This document shows, piece by piece, positions 50,355 through 60,044 of a DNA stretch of 64,000 nt; within the stretch, counting starts at the first letter, position 1; each line of letters opens with the position of its first letter. The stretch spans positions 1 to 64,000 of IMG/VR virus record IMGVR_UViG_3300020577_007160, one strand, 5' to 3'. The notes below the pieces were generated by a model. The model saw nothing but the letters and a program-made list of their open reading frames with translations, did no database searches and was not told the origin of the DNA. A program made the translations under genes and the position numbers. This stretch comes from a virus. Taxonomy: Duplodnaviria > Caudoviricetes.

Positions 50355-50870
50355 TTAAGTTATTAATTCTGTTAATACTTTTTGAACTTTTAAACGACCT
50401 TCTTTACTCAAAATGTTATCTGAATTTATTTCGAGATCAGGTCTTAACTGGTTGTCAGTATGGAATAATTTCTGGGTTATTTTCTCAACAAAAAGTCCAT
50501 TGTTATTATCAAAAAATAATTTCATATTTGGATTTGAAGCAATATTTGTTAACTGATTAAGTATCGCTGTTATATTATAACTTATAGTATTTTGATATCT
50601 TTCAAAATCTTCAGTCGAAAGATTCTCAATAATTAAATTGTCATAAAAATGATTTTCAATTTCTTCCATTTTATCCAACATTTTAGATAAACGAGATATC
50701 TGACGATAAACAACTAGGGATAAAAACCCTGAAAAATTTGTCTTAAAATCATGAACGAGTAATTTGATAGTATCAAGATCTTCCCGTGATAACTCACGAT
50801 TATTAATATAATTATTGGCTGTTTTTAATTCCAGCGTCTTTGATGATCCTTTGTTGATTAAATCACTCAT
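50355..50870 (-). CDS. Helical hypothetical protein in the putative late operon
   Basis: Clean ORF downstream of the AGTTATAT element at 51181-51188. Confidence 0.6.
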   Translation of the reverse strand: MSDLINKGSSKTLELKTANNYINNRELSREDLDTIKLLVHDFKTNFSGFLSLVVYRQISRLSKMLDKMEEIENHFYDNLIIENLSTEDFERYQNTISYNITAILNQLTNIASNPNMKLFFDNNNGLFVEKITQKLFHTDNQLRPDLEINSDNILSKEGRLKVQKVLTELIT

Positions 50871-51147
50871 TTATAGACTCAAATCTAATATCTTTTTTCT
50901 TCATTATAAATTCTAATTTATTGGTATCTAATTCTGATAAAAATTCTTTAAGTAATAAAACTCCAGAATAACTCAGATGAAGTGTTGCGTTTAAATTGCG
51001 ATTATTATGACCTTTTTTAGCTAGAACAGCTATTCTAGCTCCGTCTTCATATTCAAGAACTTCCAGAGTTAATTTTGAATTTTCATTAAGATTTCTAGAA
51101 TCAAGAAATAATTGTTTTACAACCTTAACTGTTGTAGTATCAGACAT
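50863..51147 (-). CDS. Hypothetical protein, first gene after the AGTTATAT element
   Basis: ORF track; element at 51181-51188. Confidence 0.6.
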   Translation of the reverse strand: MSDTTTVKVVKQLFLDSRNLNENSKLTLEVLEYEDGARIAVLAKKGHNNRNLNATLHLSYSGVLLLKEFLSELDTNKLEFIMKKKDIRFESINE

Positions 51148-51239
51148 GGGTAACTATCAATATTTAGAAATAGTTTACCCATATAACTCTATGGATTCTG
51201 CTACTGTAACAAATATTATCTAACCATAAATAAATTATT

Positions 51240-52067
51240 TTACTTGGTGCTTCCTAATCCACCCCTGATGGGCTTATCAATTTCTGATAATGAAATGGGA
51301 ATGAACTCAACAGACGGAGTATTTTTGATGAATCGCAACTGAGCTACCCTCATACCTGCCTGCAGGACAACACTTTCCCTATTGCCAAGATAAAGAAATA
51401 TAAATTTTATGAAGTCTTCTTTTCCACAATAATCCGAATCAATTATTCCTACACCAGTTGGCATGGTTACTCCAGCTTTAGCTAATGACGATCGAACTTG
51501 AATTTCAATATGAAATCCTGATGGTGGTTCTATGATCAATCCCGTATCAACTATCACTGGAGTATTTGGAAGAAGAATAACCTCTGTTGGAAGAAAAACA
51601 TCATAGCCATCTGAGAATGGGGTCATTCTCTTTGGCATTGGAGTCCCATACTTATTATAAATACGAGCAGATAAATACTTGGAATCCGTATCTTTAAGAT
51701 ACGTCTTTAATGTATCTTTATAATAAGAAGACTCTAATAAATCTTTCCCAATAGATTTTAATTCATCTAATGCTTTTTTGAATTCAGAATTCAAAGAACC
51801 AATATTCTCAACAAGAGAATCTACGTCATCCTTTTTATTCAAAATCTTTCGAACAGAAGTAGATTCTACTTCCTCTATTTGAGTAAGATGAGAAAGAATA
51901 GAATTTATTCTTTGATTCAATAATGCCAGAAATATGACATAATGACGTTGTGCTTTATCATGAACAACGTTCTCAAATAAAGTCTTTATTTTATTGTACT
52001 CTGGAGAACGCGACGTAAGACTCAGAATAAAATCTTCATCAATAGTCAATAAAGTTCCATTACTCAT
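51240..52067 (-). CDS. dut: Trimeric dUTPase with ~130-aa helical N-terminal extension
   Basis: Motifs SDGYDV, VRSSLA, GIIDSDYCG, RVAQL, RGGLGST. Confidence 0.9.
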   Translation of the reverse strand: MSNGTLLTIDEDFILSLTSRSPEYNKIKTLFENVVHDKAQRHYVIFLALLNQRINSILSHLTQIEEVESTSVRKILNKKDDVDSLVENIGSLNSEFKKALDELKSIGKDLLESSYYKDTLKTYLKDTDSKYLSARIYNKYGTPMPKRMTPFSDGYDVFLPTEVILLPNTPVIVDTGLIIEPPSGFHIEIQVRSSLAKAGVTMPTGVGIIDSDYCGKEDFIKFIFLYLGNRESVVLQAGMRVAQLRFIKNTPSVEFIPISLSEIDKPIRGGLGSTK

Positions 52068-53127
52068 TTAATAATTCCTTAACATTATCAGGTAAATTCT
52101 CAAATACAAAATCTAAGTTCTTCAAAGAACTGAATTTTCTTCTCAAATTATAGCGGAGATTTTCAGGAGAAACGTCTAAATTTTGAGAAACTTCCTCTAA
52201 CGTTTTTCCATTAACAAGATGAAGAAAAGAATCAATATACATCTGTGTTTTATTGAAATCTTTTATTCGAGGAAACGTGAGTTGTCTTCCCTCAAAAAGA
52301 AGAAAAACTTTTTTCATATTTTCAGAACCAAGAGTATGATATAATTCCATTATCCCTGGATACTTATCCTCCAAGGACATCACGTAAAGGAATTGACTAT
52401 CTAACATATAATTATTATCCTTATGAATACACTTATAGGGATCAGACTCTGGATCCAACGTAAATATTAAAGCACAACGTGCAATAGAGAACGCTTTTAA
52501 TTTCAATAAAATAATAGAAGAAACTTTAGGATCTAATTTTAAAGAAAGTAAATATTTATTTACTGCTCTGCTTTTGAACGTAGAAGAATCTAATAATGCT
52601 TCTACCATGAATGACGCTAATTGAAATAGTACTTCAGAGTTCTCGTGATATGAAGAAAAAACCCTAATATAATAAGAAAGCGTACCATGAGGATCAGTAT
52701 CTAATTCAAACTCCGATTGAATGAGTTCCTTGTCAACTTCCTCTAATGTTATTGTTTTCTTACAAAACTCAGAAACATAAAAAGACTGGATGCCAAGCAC
52801 CAGTCTCTTATCAAAATACGCATAAAGTTGTTTTACGTCTGGAAATTTTAATCTTCGGGATTCCAAATCTGTTATTAACATTGAATAACAATAAGAAAAT
52901 AAATCCTCGAATACTTCTTCTCCACCTTCATAATTGAACCGATTATTGGATCTAGAGAGGAAAGAATTAGCCAGTGGTATGGATAATACCTTTAATCTCG
53001 AGAATTCACTTTGGTTCTCAGTTTTACAATATTGGGTATAAACTGAATAAAAATCAGTTAAAAATTCATAGTCAACAGTTTGGGATTTCAGATTTTTTAT
53101 CTGAGTTTTTAACGTTGGTGCTGACAT
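52060..53127 (-). CDS. Putative transcription regulator: sigma-like N-terminus, Mor-like/HTH C-terminus
   Basis: FEDLFSYCY...LYAYF (region-2-like); LGSENMKKVFLLFEGRQLTFPR followed by GKTLEEVSQNLDVSPENLRYNL (HTH). Confidence 0.45.
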   Translation of the reverse strand: MSAPTLKTQIKNLKSQTVDYEFLTDFYSVYTQYCKTENQSEFSRLKVLSIPLANSFLSRSNNRFNYEGGEEVFEDLFSYCYSMLITDLESRRLKFPDVKQLYAYFDKRLVLGIQSFYVSEFCKKTITLEEVDKELIQSEFELDTDPHGTLSYYIRVFSSYHENSEVLFQLASFMVEALLDSSTFKSRAVNKYLLSLKLDPKVSSIILLKLKAFSIARCALIFTLDPESDPYKCIHKDNNYMLDSQFLYVMSLEDKYPGIMELYHTLGSENMKKVFLLFEGRQLTFPRIKDFNKTQMYIDSFLHLVNGKTLEEVSQNLDVSPENLRYNLRRKFSSLKNLDFVFENLPDNVKELLNE

Positions 53128-53151
53128 AATTTAAATAATAATCAGAATGTA

Positions 53152-54549
53152 TTATCGGTCTAACCTTAATCTCTTGAATGTTGGAAATCTCAATGAACCA
53201 TCTTTTGTTTTTTCCTGAAATTCTACTTCACATAATTTCCCAATTATAGATTCCTTACAAGTATGAATGTAAGAAAAATATATTCTCTGAGAATCAGAAA
53301 AACCACTTCCAACATTGCAATTAGTTCCATCTGAAGATTCTATTGTCACTGCGCCAAGAAAAGAAGGAACATGGGAGAATAACTCCTCTGCAGATTCTTG
53401 GAGATTCAGTTCTAGTACTGCTTTTCTGCATTGGGCTAGGGTTGGCTGGGATGAATACTTCCCCGACCCTGCTACAACATCTACAATAGTAAAATCCTCA
53501 GTATAAAATTTCTTGACCTTCAACCAATTTGAAGATCGTTTCCCCTCGTAGGGGGAATCAAGATTTTTAATCACCAGACCTTCGAATCCATCCTCTATTG
53601 ATTTGTCTAGTAATTCCAATAAATGCTGATTAGACTGTATCTTTGTTCCAGTAACAATAACAATTCTATTATCTTTTTCTATATCCTCTAAAACTCGTTT
53701 TCGATCCTCTAATGGGATATTTGATTTTCCATTTAAGAAATCATAATGAAGAACTGAGTCAAAAATATAAAATTTTAATTTTGAAACATCGGAATGAACC
53801 TGCAAAGATTTTACTATTGATACGGTTGAATTCCAATCCCCCGCAAATAATTCCCCATCTAAAATATAATCCCGATTGAGAATTGGTTCTACTAACGGTA
53901 GAAACTGATTTAAATTTTCTTCTGGTAAATTTCTAAAATCTCGGGACAAAAATGTTATGGCATTATTATGTTTTATGCAACACGATCTCATGCCATCTAT
54001 TTTATATTCTGCTATCCAGTTTTCGTTTTCAAAATCTATGTTCATTTCTGGATTCCACGTTTCACAGGTCTGAACATCGTACTTTGGTTTTAATTCTGGA
54101 TAAACCTTACTGATAGTTCCAACGGATACACCAGTGACAAATTTCTTATCAAAAAATCTCTTATACCAAAATCTATAAGATTCATCAGGTAACGACTTAA
54201 GAAATTTTAATAAAACATCACGTGCCTCAAACCCTGTTATTTTTCTTGTAGATAACGTTTCTACAAAAGTAGAAAAACTTGTAAAAATTTCAGAATCATT
54301 TTTGAAAACATTTTCGGATTTAATATCTAAATCCTCTTCTCGAAAAGAAGAAGTAGTTACCCCAAGAGTAATTAAGTTATTAAATACAAAATGAGAAATC
54401 TGAATTAAAAACTGATTGGAAGAAATAGATTTTAAAAGTCTTATCTTTTCGTTTCTTCCTGAAACATTTTCAGCGGAAGTTAAAACAGATATAAATTCAG
54501 ATATTGAAGAAAAAGAATTATTCATAGTATAATCTAAAAGTAAAATCAA
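53152..54549 (-). CDS. lig: ATP-dependent DNA ligase
   Basis: Motif I EYKIDGMR, III LDGEL, IIIa FYIFD, IV EGLVIK, V WLKVK, OB-fold VGSGFS, VI SLRFPTF; likely start MNNSFS. Confidence 0.95.
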   Translation of the reverse strand: MILLLDYTMNNSFSSISEFISVLTSAENVSGRNEKIRLLKSISSNQFLIQISHFVFNNLITLGVTTSSFREEDLDIKSENVFKNDSEIFTSFSTFVETLSTRKITGFEARDVLLKFLKSLPDESYRFWYKRFFDKKFVTGVSVGTISKVYPELKPKYDVQTCETWNPEMNIDFENENWIAEYKIDGMRSCCIKHNNAITFLSRDFRNLPEENLNQFLPLVEPILNRDYILDGELFAGDWNSTVSIVKSLQVHSDVSKLKFYIFDSVLHYDFLNGKSNIPLEDRKRVLEDIEKDNRIVIVTGTKIQSNQHLLELLDKSIEDGFEGLVIKNLDSPYEGKRSSNWLKVKKFYTEDFTIVDVVAGSGKYSSQPTLAQCRKAVLELNLQESAEELFSHVPSFLGAVTIESSDGTNCNVGSGFSDSQRIYFSYIHTCKESIIGKLCEVEFQEKTKDGSLRFPTFKRLRLDR

Positions 54550-54553
54550 AAAT

Positions 54554-54583
54554 AAAGGGGATTCCTGAAAAGGAATCCCCTTT
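54554..54583 (-). terminator. Intrinsic terminator
   Basis: AAAGGGGATTCCT-GAAA-AGGAATCCCCTTT hairpin with T-tract on the minus strand. Confidence 0.8.
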
Positions 54584-54595
54584 TGAAGGGTATTA

Positions 54596-55276
54596 TCAGG
54601 ATATTGCTAAAGAATCTTCATTCAAATTAAATACGGTTTTCATCACATGCTTGATTGTTTTTTCGAATTTCCAAACAATATTGGAATCGAAGTCAAGAAT
54701 ACGCCCAAGAACAACCATGGGAATATAACCCTCTTTCATATTTCGTTGGCGTTTCAACGACTCACGATACGTGTTAAACTTGTCACCAGTTTCAGGACTA
54801 GGTTCAACCAGTTCCTGAAAGAAATAAGTAATTCCTGGCAACTTTTCTTCGTATTTTTCAAGATACGAAAGAGCAGTTTCTACAAATATCTTTGTTGATA
54901 TTTCGTTCTCGCAGGAATGGGAATGAAGATAATAATCGAACGTTCCCAAACTTCCAGAGTCTTCCTCAGAGGAATCAGAACCAATACTGGTTGATTCCAA
55001 CATTGTTACGTTGCGAGAATCATCACGCACGATTGACGCACGAATTTTATCGGAAACGAAATTAATAAGAACTGAGCGCAAAGATGTGAAACGCAATTCT
55101 TCTGGATCATTCACCATCACGTCATCCATATTGGACAGGTTGGAAAACGCTTTTAGATAGAGTTCCTGCATCGCATCTTCATATGAGAGAATTCGATTCT
55201 CCATACGATGTGCTTGTTTGGCCAAGAAAGAGGAGTTTGTTGAAACAAAATTCGAGAACATTGATGCTGCATTCAT
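54596..55276 (-). CDS. Phage sigma-factor-like protein
   Basis: Region-2-like LSYEDAMQELYLKAF...F..LRSVLINFVSDKIR; AGGA SD before ATG at 55276 (MNAASM). Confidence 0.55.
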   Translation of the reverse strand: MNAASMFSNFVSTNSSFLAKQAHRMENRILSYEDAMQELYLKAFSNLSNMDDVMVNDPEELRFTSLRSVLINFVSDKIRASIVRDDSRNVTMLESTSIGSDSSEEDSGSLGTFDYYLHSHSCENEISTKIFVETALSYLEKYEEKLPGITYFFQELVEPSPETGDKFNTYRESLKRQRNMKEGYIPMVVLGRILDFDSNIVWKFEKTIKHVMKTVFNLNEDSLAIS

Positions 55277-55470
55277 CGTTGATCCTATAAGAAAATTTGG
55301 AAAGAGTGAATTTTTAGAACTTCCACAAGAAATTCTTGGACTAACTTCGCGCTTTTTCCAATACGAAGCAAATTTATTTTTGCAAAACCACAAGATTTCT
55401 TCAAAAAAGTTTAGAAAAGTTCTGATTTTGGCTCAAAACGCACCTAAAATTTTGTTCTCAGCATCTAAAA

Positions 55471-56367
55471 TTACTGCCGGAACATTAGGAATGGTAACTG
55501 TTCCGGCTTGAAAACCTGAGATTTTTCACAAGCGGATTTGAAAATTTCAGGAGAAACTTCATTTGGGTCACCGTCCAAACCCACCACCACACCTGCATTG
55601 CAGCCGTACCGCAAGAACGTATTACGCACACGCTCGCGGTCTTTAATAGAAACATCTGGATCCAAGCAAACGAGAACTGTTTTGAACCTATAGGAGATTT
55701 GTTGATACTGCGAGAATGACAGTTTTTTACCCAAAACTGCTATACCGGATTCTCCAGCTGCAATTGCGGAGAAGCAACCTTCGCACAAAATACAATGATC
55801 TGTTGTCACGTTATTGATATTGTAAACGATATCAGTTTTGGGAACAGCAGCATTCACATACTTTGGGATAGCATGACGGTAGGAACGAGCAGTAAAATAT
55901 ATAATAGAAGAATTTTTGTATTCAGGTATAACAATTCTTTCTTTGAGATTATTCTTTCCAGATAATAACTTATAATGATTTATCTGATCTTCCGTTATGT
56001 TTCGAGAACAAAGATACTCAAAAGCATCTGACCCTCGAACAATTGGATCCCCGATTTCAGATTGTTCAAATACAATTGGTTTCCTGAATTCTGGAAAACT
56101 TAGTTTTGATAATCTGTTTTTTATATTTGTCAAATCATATCGGTCAATGTCCAAGTGGAGGTCAATCAAGGAATCGAGATCTTTGAGTTCTCCTTGGACA
56201 CCACATCGAAAACAATAATAAAAATTCTTAAATATGTTGACTAATAAATGATTCTGAGTATCTGCTCTTTCTTCAAAAGGTTTTTCAGTTTTCCGGTATT
56301 GACAATAGGGACAACACGTATAAACCTTTCCACCTGAGGCACGAACCTTATCAAAATCTATAGTCAC
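55471..56367 (-). CDS. DNA primase (Zn finger + TOPRIM)
   Basis: CPYC...CFRCG zinc-binding domain, YLCSRNI, RIVIP, ARSY, PKYVN, LCEG, CLDPD. Confidence 0.85.
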   Translation of the reverse strand: MTIDFDKVRASGGKVYTCCPYCQYRKTEKPFEERADTQNHLLVNIFKNFYYCFRCGVQGELKDLDSLIDLHLDIDRYDLTNIKNRLSKLSFPEFRKPIVFEQSEIGDPIVRGSDAFEYLCSRNITEDQINHYKLLSGKNNLKERIVIPEYKNSSIIYFTARSYRHAIPKYVNAAVPKTDIVYNINNVTTDHCILCEGCFSAIAAGESGIAVLGKKLSFSQYQQISYRFKTVLVCLDPDVSIKDRERVRNTFLRYGCNAGVVVGLDGDPNEVSPEIFKSACEKSQVFKPEQLPFLMFRQ

Positions 56368-57074
56368 TGAGCCAATCCTTCTGCTAATTCTTTCACAATG
56401 AAACGAACAATATCTGAATTCGCATATATAAAATCAAATTTAGAATTTGTTATTATTCCTAGTCCTGACTTGGATATTGGACGAATTAAGGAATTACCTG
56501 ATTTTATTTCTTCAAATGTATAAAATAATAATTCTAAGTAATCACAGAACTTTATTATAAGATCAAGTTCATTCACAAATTCCTTATAAAGTTCTTGATC
56601 TATAGTACTAGGATCAGCGAATAACCCACAAAAATATTTCAGTCTTGAATTAACTTCCTCTGGAGTATTTGAAAAATCTAATAACAAAGGCAATTCATCC
56701 GCGAAACATGATGACGTAAAACATTCTAATATATAATCTCGTTCTCCTGAATTCTCAAAAAATTCTGAATTCTTAAACGTATAAACTATATCCCCTGTTA
56801 CAGATTCCCCAAGGTCATGGTATAGTGAAGACTTAAGTACATATAATTCTCCAATTGCTAATATATTTGAATCCTCTATTTTAGAATTAAAATAGAACAA
56901 CAAAGATTTATAAACCAATGAAGCTAAAATAGAAACATTATAAGAATGCTCTGCTACTGATTGGGACTTATTTGTTCGAACTAAAGAATATCGCTGAATA
57001 TTATTCAGATTTCTTGAAAGAAAGATATTATCAACAATGTTAGCCATAGCAGTAAAACAATAGTAATTAAACAA
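56364..57074 (-). CDS. HD-domain nucleotide phosphohydrolase (YfbR/DatZ-like)
   Basis: IQRY, QSVAEHSYNV, YHDLGESVTGDI, KFCDYLE. Confidence 0.85.
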   Translation of the reverse strand: MFNYYCFTAMANIVDNIFLSRNLNNIQRYSLVRTNKSQSVAEHSYNVSILASLVYKSLLFYFNSKIEDSNILAIGELYVLKSSLYHDLGESVTGDIVYTFKNSEFFENSGERDYILECFTSSCFADELPLLLDFSNTPEEVNSRLKYFCGLFADPSTIDQELYKEFVNELDLIIKFCDYLELLFYTFEEIKSGNSLIRPISKSGLGIITNSKFDFIYANSDIVRFIVKELAEGLAQ

Positions 57075-57110
57075 CTTTACTAAAAGAACGTCTAATGGTC
57101 TATAAAAAGA

Positions 57111-57136
57111 AAATGCCTATCGATCGATAGGCATTT
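57111..57136 (-). terminator. Intrinsic terminator (perfect 26-bp palindrome) fused to promoter motif 57085-57107
   Basis: AAATGCCTATCGATCGATAGGCATTT; near-identical arms at 61470-61495. Confidence 0.8.
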
Positions 57137-57171
57137 AAATAAATATATACTAATTTAGTTAGTATTTCAAA

Positions 57172-57537
57172 TCAAAGAAAGAACTCATCATCTTCATAAT
57201 GAAATCTAGAATTCGTACCTTCTATAACAGAAAATACAAAATTTTCTAAATAATAATTTAATTTTCCAACTTGACTAGAAGTTAATCTTAAATCAGAATT
57301 TCTCTCTGATTGGTACTTTAAATATTTCCAAAAAGAAGCAAGATATTCTTTTTGATCCTCATCCGCCAACTTTAAAAATTCAATTTTATGTTTAACTGTT
57401 AGACTTTGATGCTCTGCTACTAACCAACTTAATACTTTATTTAAAGTAGTTGTGTAACTTGATTCTTTGACCCCTACTTTTCTTTCAAGTTTCTCTAATC
57501 TCTCCATGAGAGATAAAGACGATCTTCTGTTGGTCAT
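57172..57537 (-). CDS. Leader-family protein 4 (putative head-packaged internal protein)
   Basis: MTNRRSSLSLMERLEKLERKVGVKESS. Confidence 0.7.
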   Translation of the reverse strand: MTNRRSSLSLMERLEKLERKVGVKESSYTTTLNKVLSWLVAEHQSLTVKHKIEFLKLADEDQKEYLASFWKYLKYQSERNSDLRLTSSQVGKLNYYLENFVFSVIEGTNSRFHYEDDEFFL

Positions 57538-57582
57538 TGTTGACTCTTTCTAATATATTGTTGAATTGAAAACTATATAACT
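57476..57582. repeat. ~105-bp dispersed repeat (promoter + 5' UTR + leader codons), copy A
   Basis: Near-identical to 61867-61973 and similar to 63448-63552. Confidence 0.9.
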
Positions 57583-57598
57583 AATATATATAGAATCA

Positions 57599-58912
57599 TT
57601 AATTATCTTCTTTTTCTAGTATTCGAGAATGTTCTAACTTCGTTGTCAAAAACACAGATTCATTTTCTATCCCTTTTCGCATTTTGGCAGTGTATGCTCT
57701 CATTTGATTTAATACCTTTTCTTCCGCTGTTTGATTCAGAGAAATAATCCCATGGGCAAGGTGTGCTTTTTTCGAGGATTCAGCTAGATCCCCTTTCGTG
57801 ATTGTATCCTTATTCCAAGCATCAACCTTGGGCTGTGAAGCACTCAACACAGGACAATTATAAGAAACTGCAAGGGATATTAAATCTGAATATAAGTTCC
57901 CACGCTCTTCATATGAATTCTGATTTTTACTATTCTCAGTATTCAGAGAATTCATATTATCCGCATAATCAATGATTATTAAATCAGGTTCAAATCCATA
58001 ATTATATTTCAATCGGTATAAATGGGATTTAATAGCGGAAACCGTTACAGTATGAGGATCAAAATACTTAATGAAAAACATCCCACAATCTTCAAATACT
58101 TTGAATTTTTCCAAGAGGACATGTGAAGGTAATTTCAAAACATCGTCATGACTCAGTTCTGCAATATTAGAAACATGTTTAAATTCTATTTCTACCTCAG
58201 GGACTTCTAAAGTATAAAATACAACCCTCTTTTTTGCCATTATATTATAAGCAGAAACATTAGAAAGAAATGTTGTTTTCCCTCTGCCTGGTGGTGCGAC
58301 CACAATATAAAGAAATTTTCGGAACATTCCTCCTAACATTTTTTTATCTAATTTAGGATAACCCGTTGATATACTATTTTTGACAGCATACTCTTCGCTG
58401 TATCGGGATTGAAGAGTATTGACATTGCTATTAAAATATAATCCATAGGATAAGGGCTTACCAATAGATATTGAATCCTGAATAATGGAAATTGCATCTT
58501 CTAAATTTCCACCCCTTTCAAGAATTGAAACAACACGAGATAACCCTTGCTTCAAGGATTGTTCCTGAATAAATCGAAGAACATAATCTACAACGTCTTC
58601 GATTTTATCAACATCCATATAAAATATTTCATCCATCAAAGATAAAATACTTTCAATTGTATCCTGTTGAGTTTCTGTTTGTTTTAAATTTCGGGTAATG
58701 AATCGTGCAAATGAATCCTTGTCAGGTAAGTAATTCCATTCGTTGACAAAAAATACAAGATTCTTGCATATAATCTGAAAATAAAAATGAGTGAAATAAC
58801 TTGGCTTTATTAAATCCAACCCATAAGAAAATAAAAATTTTGGGTCTCTTGTCATCATGGCCAGAATTTTTTTCTGGTAATTAACATCAAAATTAAACTT
58901 TGTTTCAATCAT
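57599..58912 (-). CDS. Replicative DNA helicase (DnaB/T4 gp41-like, SF4)
   Basis: ISTGYPKLD, APPGRGKT, YTLEV, IIIDYAD, SASQ, LAES, AKMR. Confidence 0.9.
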   Translation of the reverse strand: MIETKFNFDVNYQKKILAMMTRDPKFLFSYGLDLIKPSYFTHFYFQIICKNLVFFVNEWNYLPDKDSFARFITRNLKQTETQQDTIESILSLMDEIFYMDVDKIEDVVDYVLRFIQEQSLKQGLSRVVSILERGGNLEDAISIIQDSISIGKPLSYGLYFNSNVNTLQSRYSEEYAVKNSISTGYPKLDKKMLGGMFRKFLYIVVAPPGRGKTTFLSNVSAYNIMAKKRVVFYTLEVPEVEIEFKHVSNIAELSHDDVLKLPSHVLLEKFKVFEDCGMFFIKYFDPHTVTVSAIKSHLYRLKYNYGFEPDLIIIDYADNMNSLNTENSKNQNSYEERGNLYSDLISLAVSYNCPVLSASQPKVDAWNKDTITKGDLAESSKKAHLAHGIISLNQTAEEKVLNQMRAYTAKMRKGIENESVFLTTKLEHSRILEKEDN

Positions 58913-58982
58913 TACTATAATTCTCTCTATGATTTAATATCTCTATTTTCTTGTGTAAAATATCTGAACGAGTTCAACATTA

Positions 58983-60044
58983 TTAGATTTTTAGATCTTC
59001 ATAGATTTCTAACTCAGGTAATGTTCCAGTTTCTAAAAACGTCTCCATTTTCTTCTTTGATATTCTTGCATTCTTAGAATTGAATCCTGATAACAATCTT
59101 TCTTTGCGATAATCCCAGAATATCTTGAATTCAATTCCTGGCCATGGATCCTGTTCTACCTGACGAATTTCCTCAGCCTGACGATCCAGGTAATATCCAA
59201 GATATCTTCCACTCCGCTTACGAAACAGTTTCTTGAATGAACATAATGCAGTTTCCATACGAAAATAATTCACGTCATGGGCAACATCTGGATATCTTCT
59301 TTTGATTTCCCTGATGATACCATCAGCCTTATTTTGAAGATAGGAAACTTTATCATTGTCATACTTGATATCCCTATAGAACTTCTTATTATCCTCATAG
59401 TAGCGACTTGTCCATTCATCCTTCCCAACCACTAGGCACATGCCATTCCGATGAGAGTCGCTGCCAGAATCCTCAAATAACAGACTCGTGGGTTCTATTG
59501 GTAATCCAACGCATTCCGCTAATGCCTGGCAGTAATACCAGGACATGTATCTGCCGAATTTATGAAATTTGGTCTTTGCAAAATTAAATACTTTCTTATA
59601 ATTCTCTTTTTTATCTTGGGAAGAACATAAAGCCATGAACGTATCCAATTGGTTTTCCCCAACAGCTTCTTTATATGATAAATACATTTCTGGTAAATAA
59701 CCCTTTGCGTAACGAGTATCAGTTTGATAGCGTAAATGATTATAATTTTTAGTATTCCAAATCATTAATCTTTCAATATTAACATTCTCATAATCTGGTA
59801 TCTCATTCCAAATACAATATGATGTTACAGGTTGATATGTACAACCATAAAGAAATACAATCCAAAATTTTTGTTCTATGTTGTATTCCTGCCGATCAAA
59901 AATGTAATTTAATAACGCTATTGGTGGGTCAACATCAGTGGTTCTCAATCCCCAAACAAACCATCGTATGAATGCTTCTATTCTATTTTCTCTGAGTCGA
60001 AAATCTAAACCAGTTTCCATTCTTTTATCATTGTATTGAGGCAT
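58983..60044 (-). CDS. Amino acid:DNA transferase (aGPT-pyrophosphorylase clade-2-like, HhH fold); DNA base hypermodification
   Basis: DVDP, W.VFLYG..Y, YQTDTRY, HKFGRYMSW, SHRNG, METALCSFKK, YLGYY. Confidence 0.75.
   Translation of the reverse strand: MPQYNDKRMETGLDFRLRENRIEAFIRWFVWGLRTTDVDPPIALLNYIFDRQEYNIEQKFWIVFLYGCTYQPVTSYCIWNEIPDYENVNIERLMIWNTKNYNHLRYQTDTRYAKGYLPEMYLSYKEAVGENQLDTFMALCSSQDKKENYKKVFNFAKTKFHKFGRYMSWYYCQALAECVGLPIEPTSLLFEDSGSDSHRNGMCLVVGKDEWTSRYYEDNKKFYRDIKYDNDKVSYLQNKADGIIREIKRRYPDVAHDVNYFRMETALCSFKKLFRKRSGRYLGYYLDRQAEEIRQVEQDPWPGIEFKIFWDYRKERLLSGFNSKNARISKKKMETFLETGTLPELEIYEDLKI

Noticed and set aside
12991-55393. Long N-terminal extensions on ORFs 12991..13398, 14073..14378, 18351..18953, 26727..27539, 33206..33550, 49067..49459 and 54596..55393
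   Set aside because: The extensions run through promoter motifs, terminators, upstream genes or intergenic DNA; downstream ATGs are the more plausible starts.
56364-57074. Z-genome (2-aminoadenine) system based on the DatZ-like HD protein
   Set aside because: No PurZ or MazZ in the window; neighbouring genes point to thymidine modification instead.
53152-58912. Inteins, introns or homing endonucleases in replication genes
   Set aside because: Gene lengths are normal and no splicing, LAGLIDADG, HNH or GIY-YIG motifs were seen.
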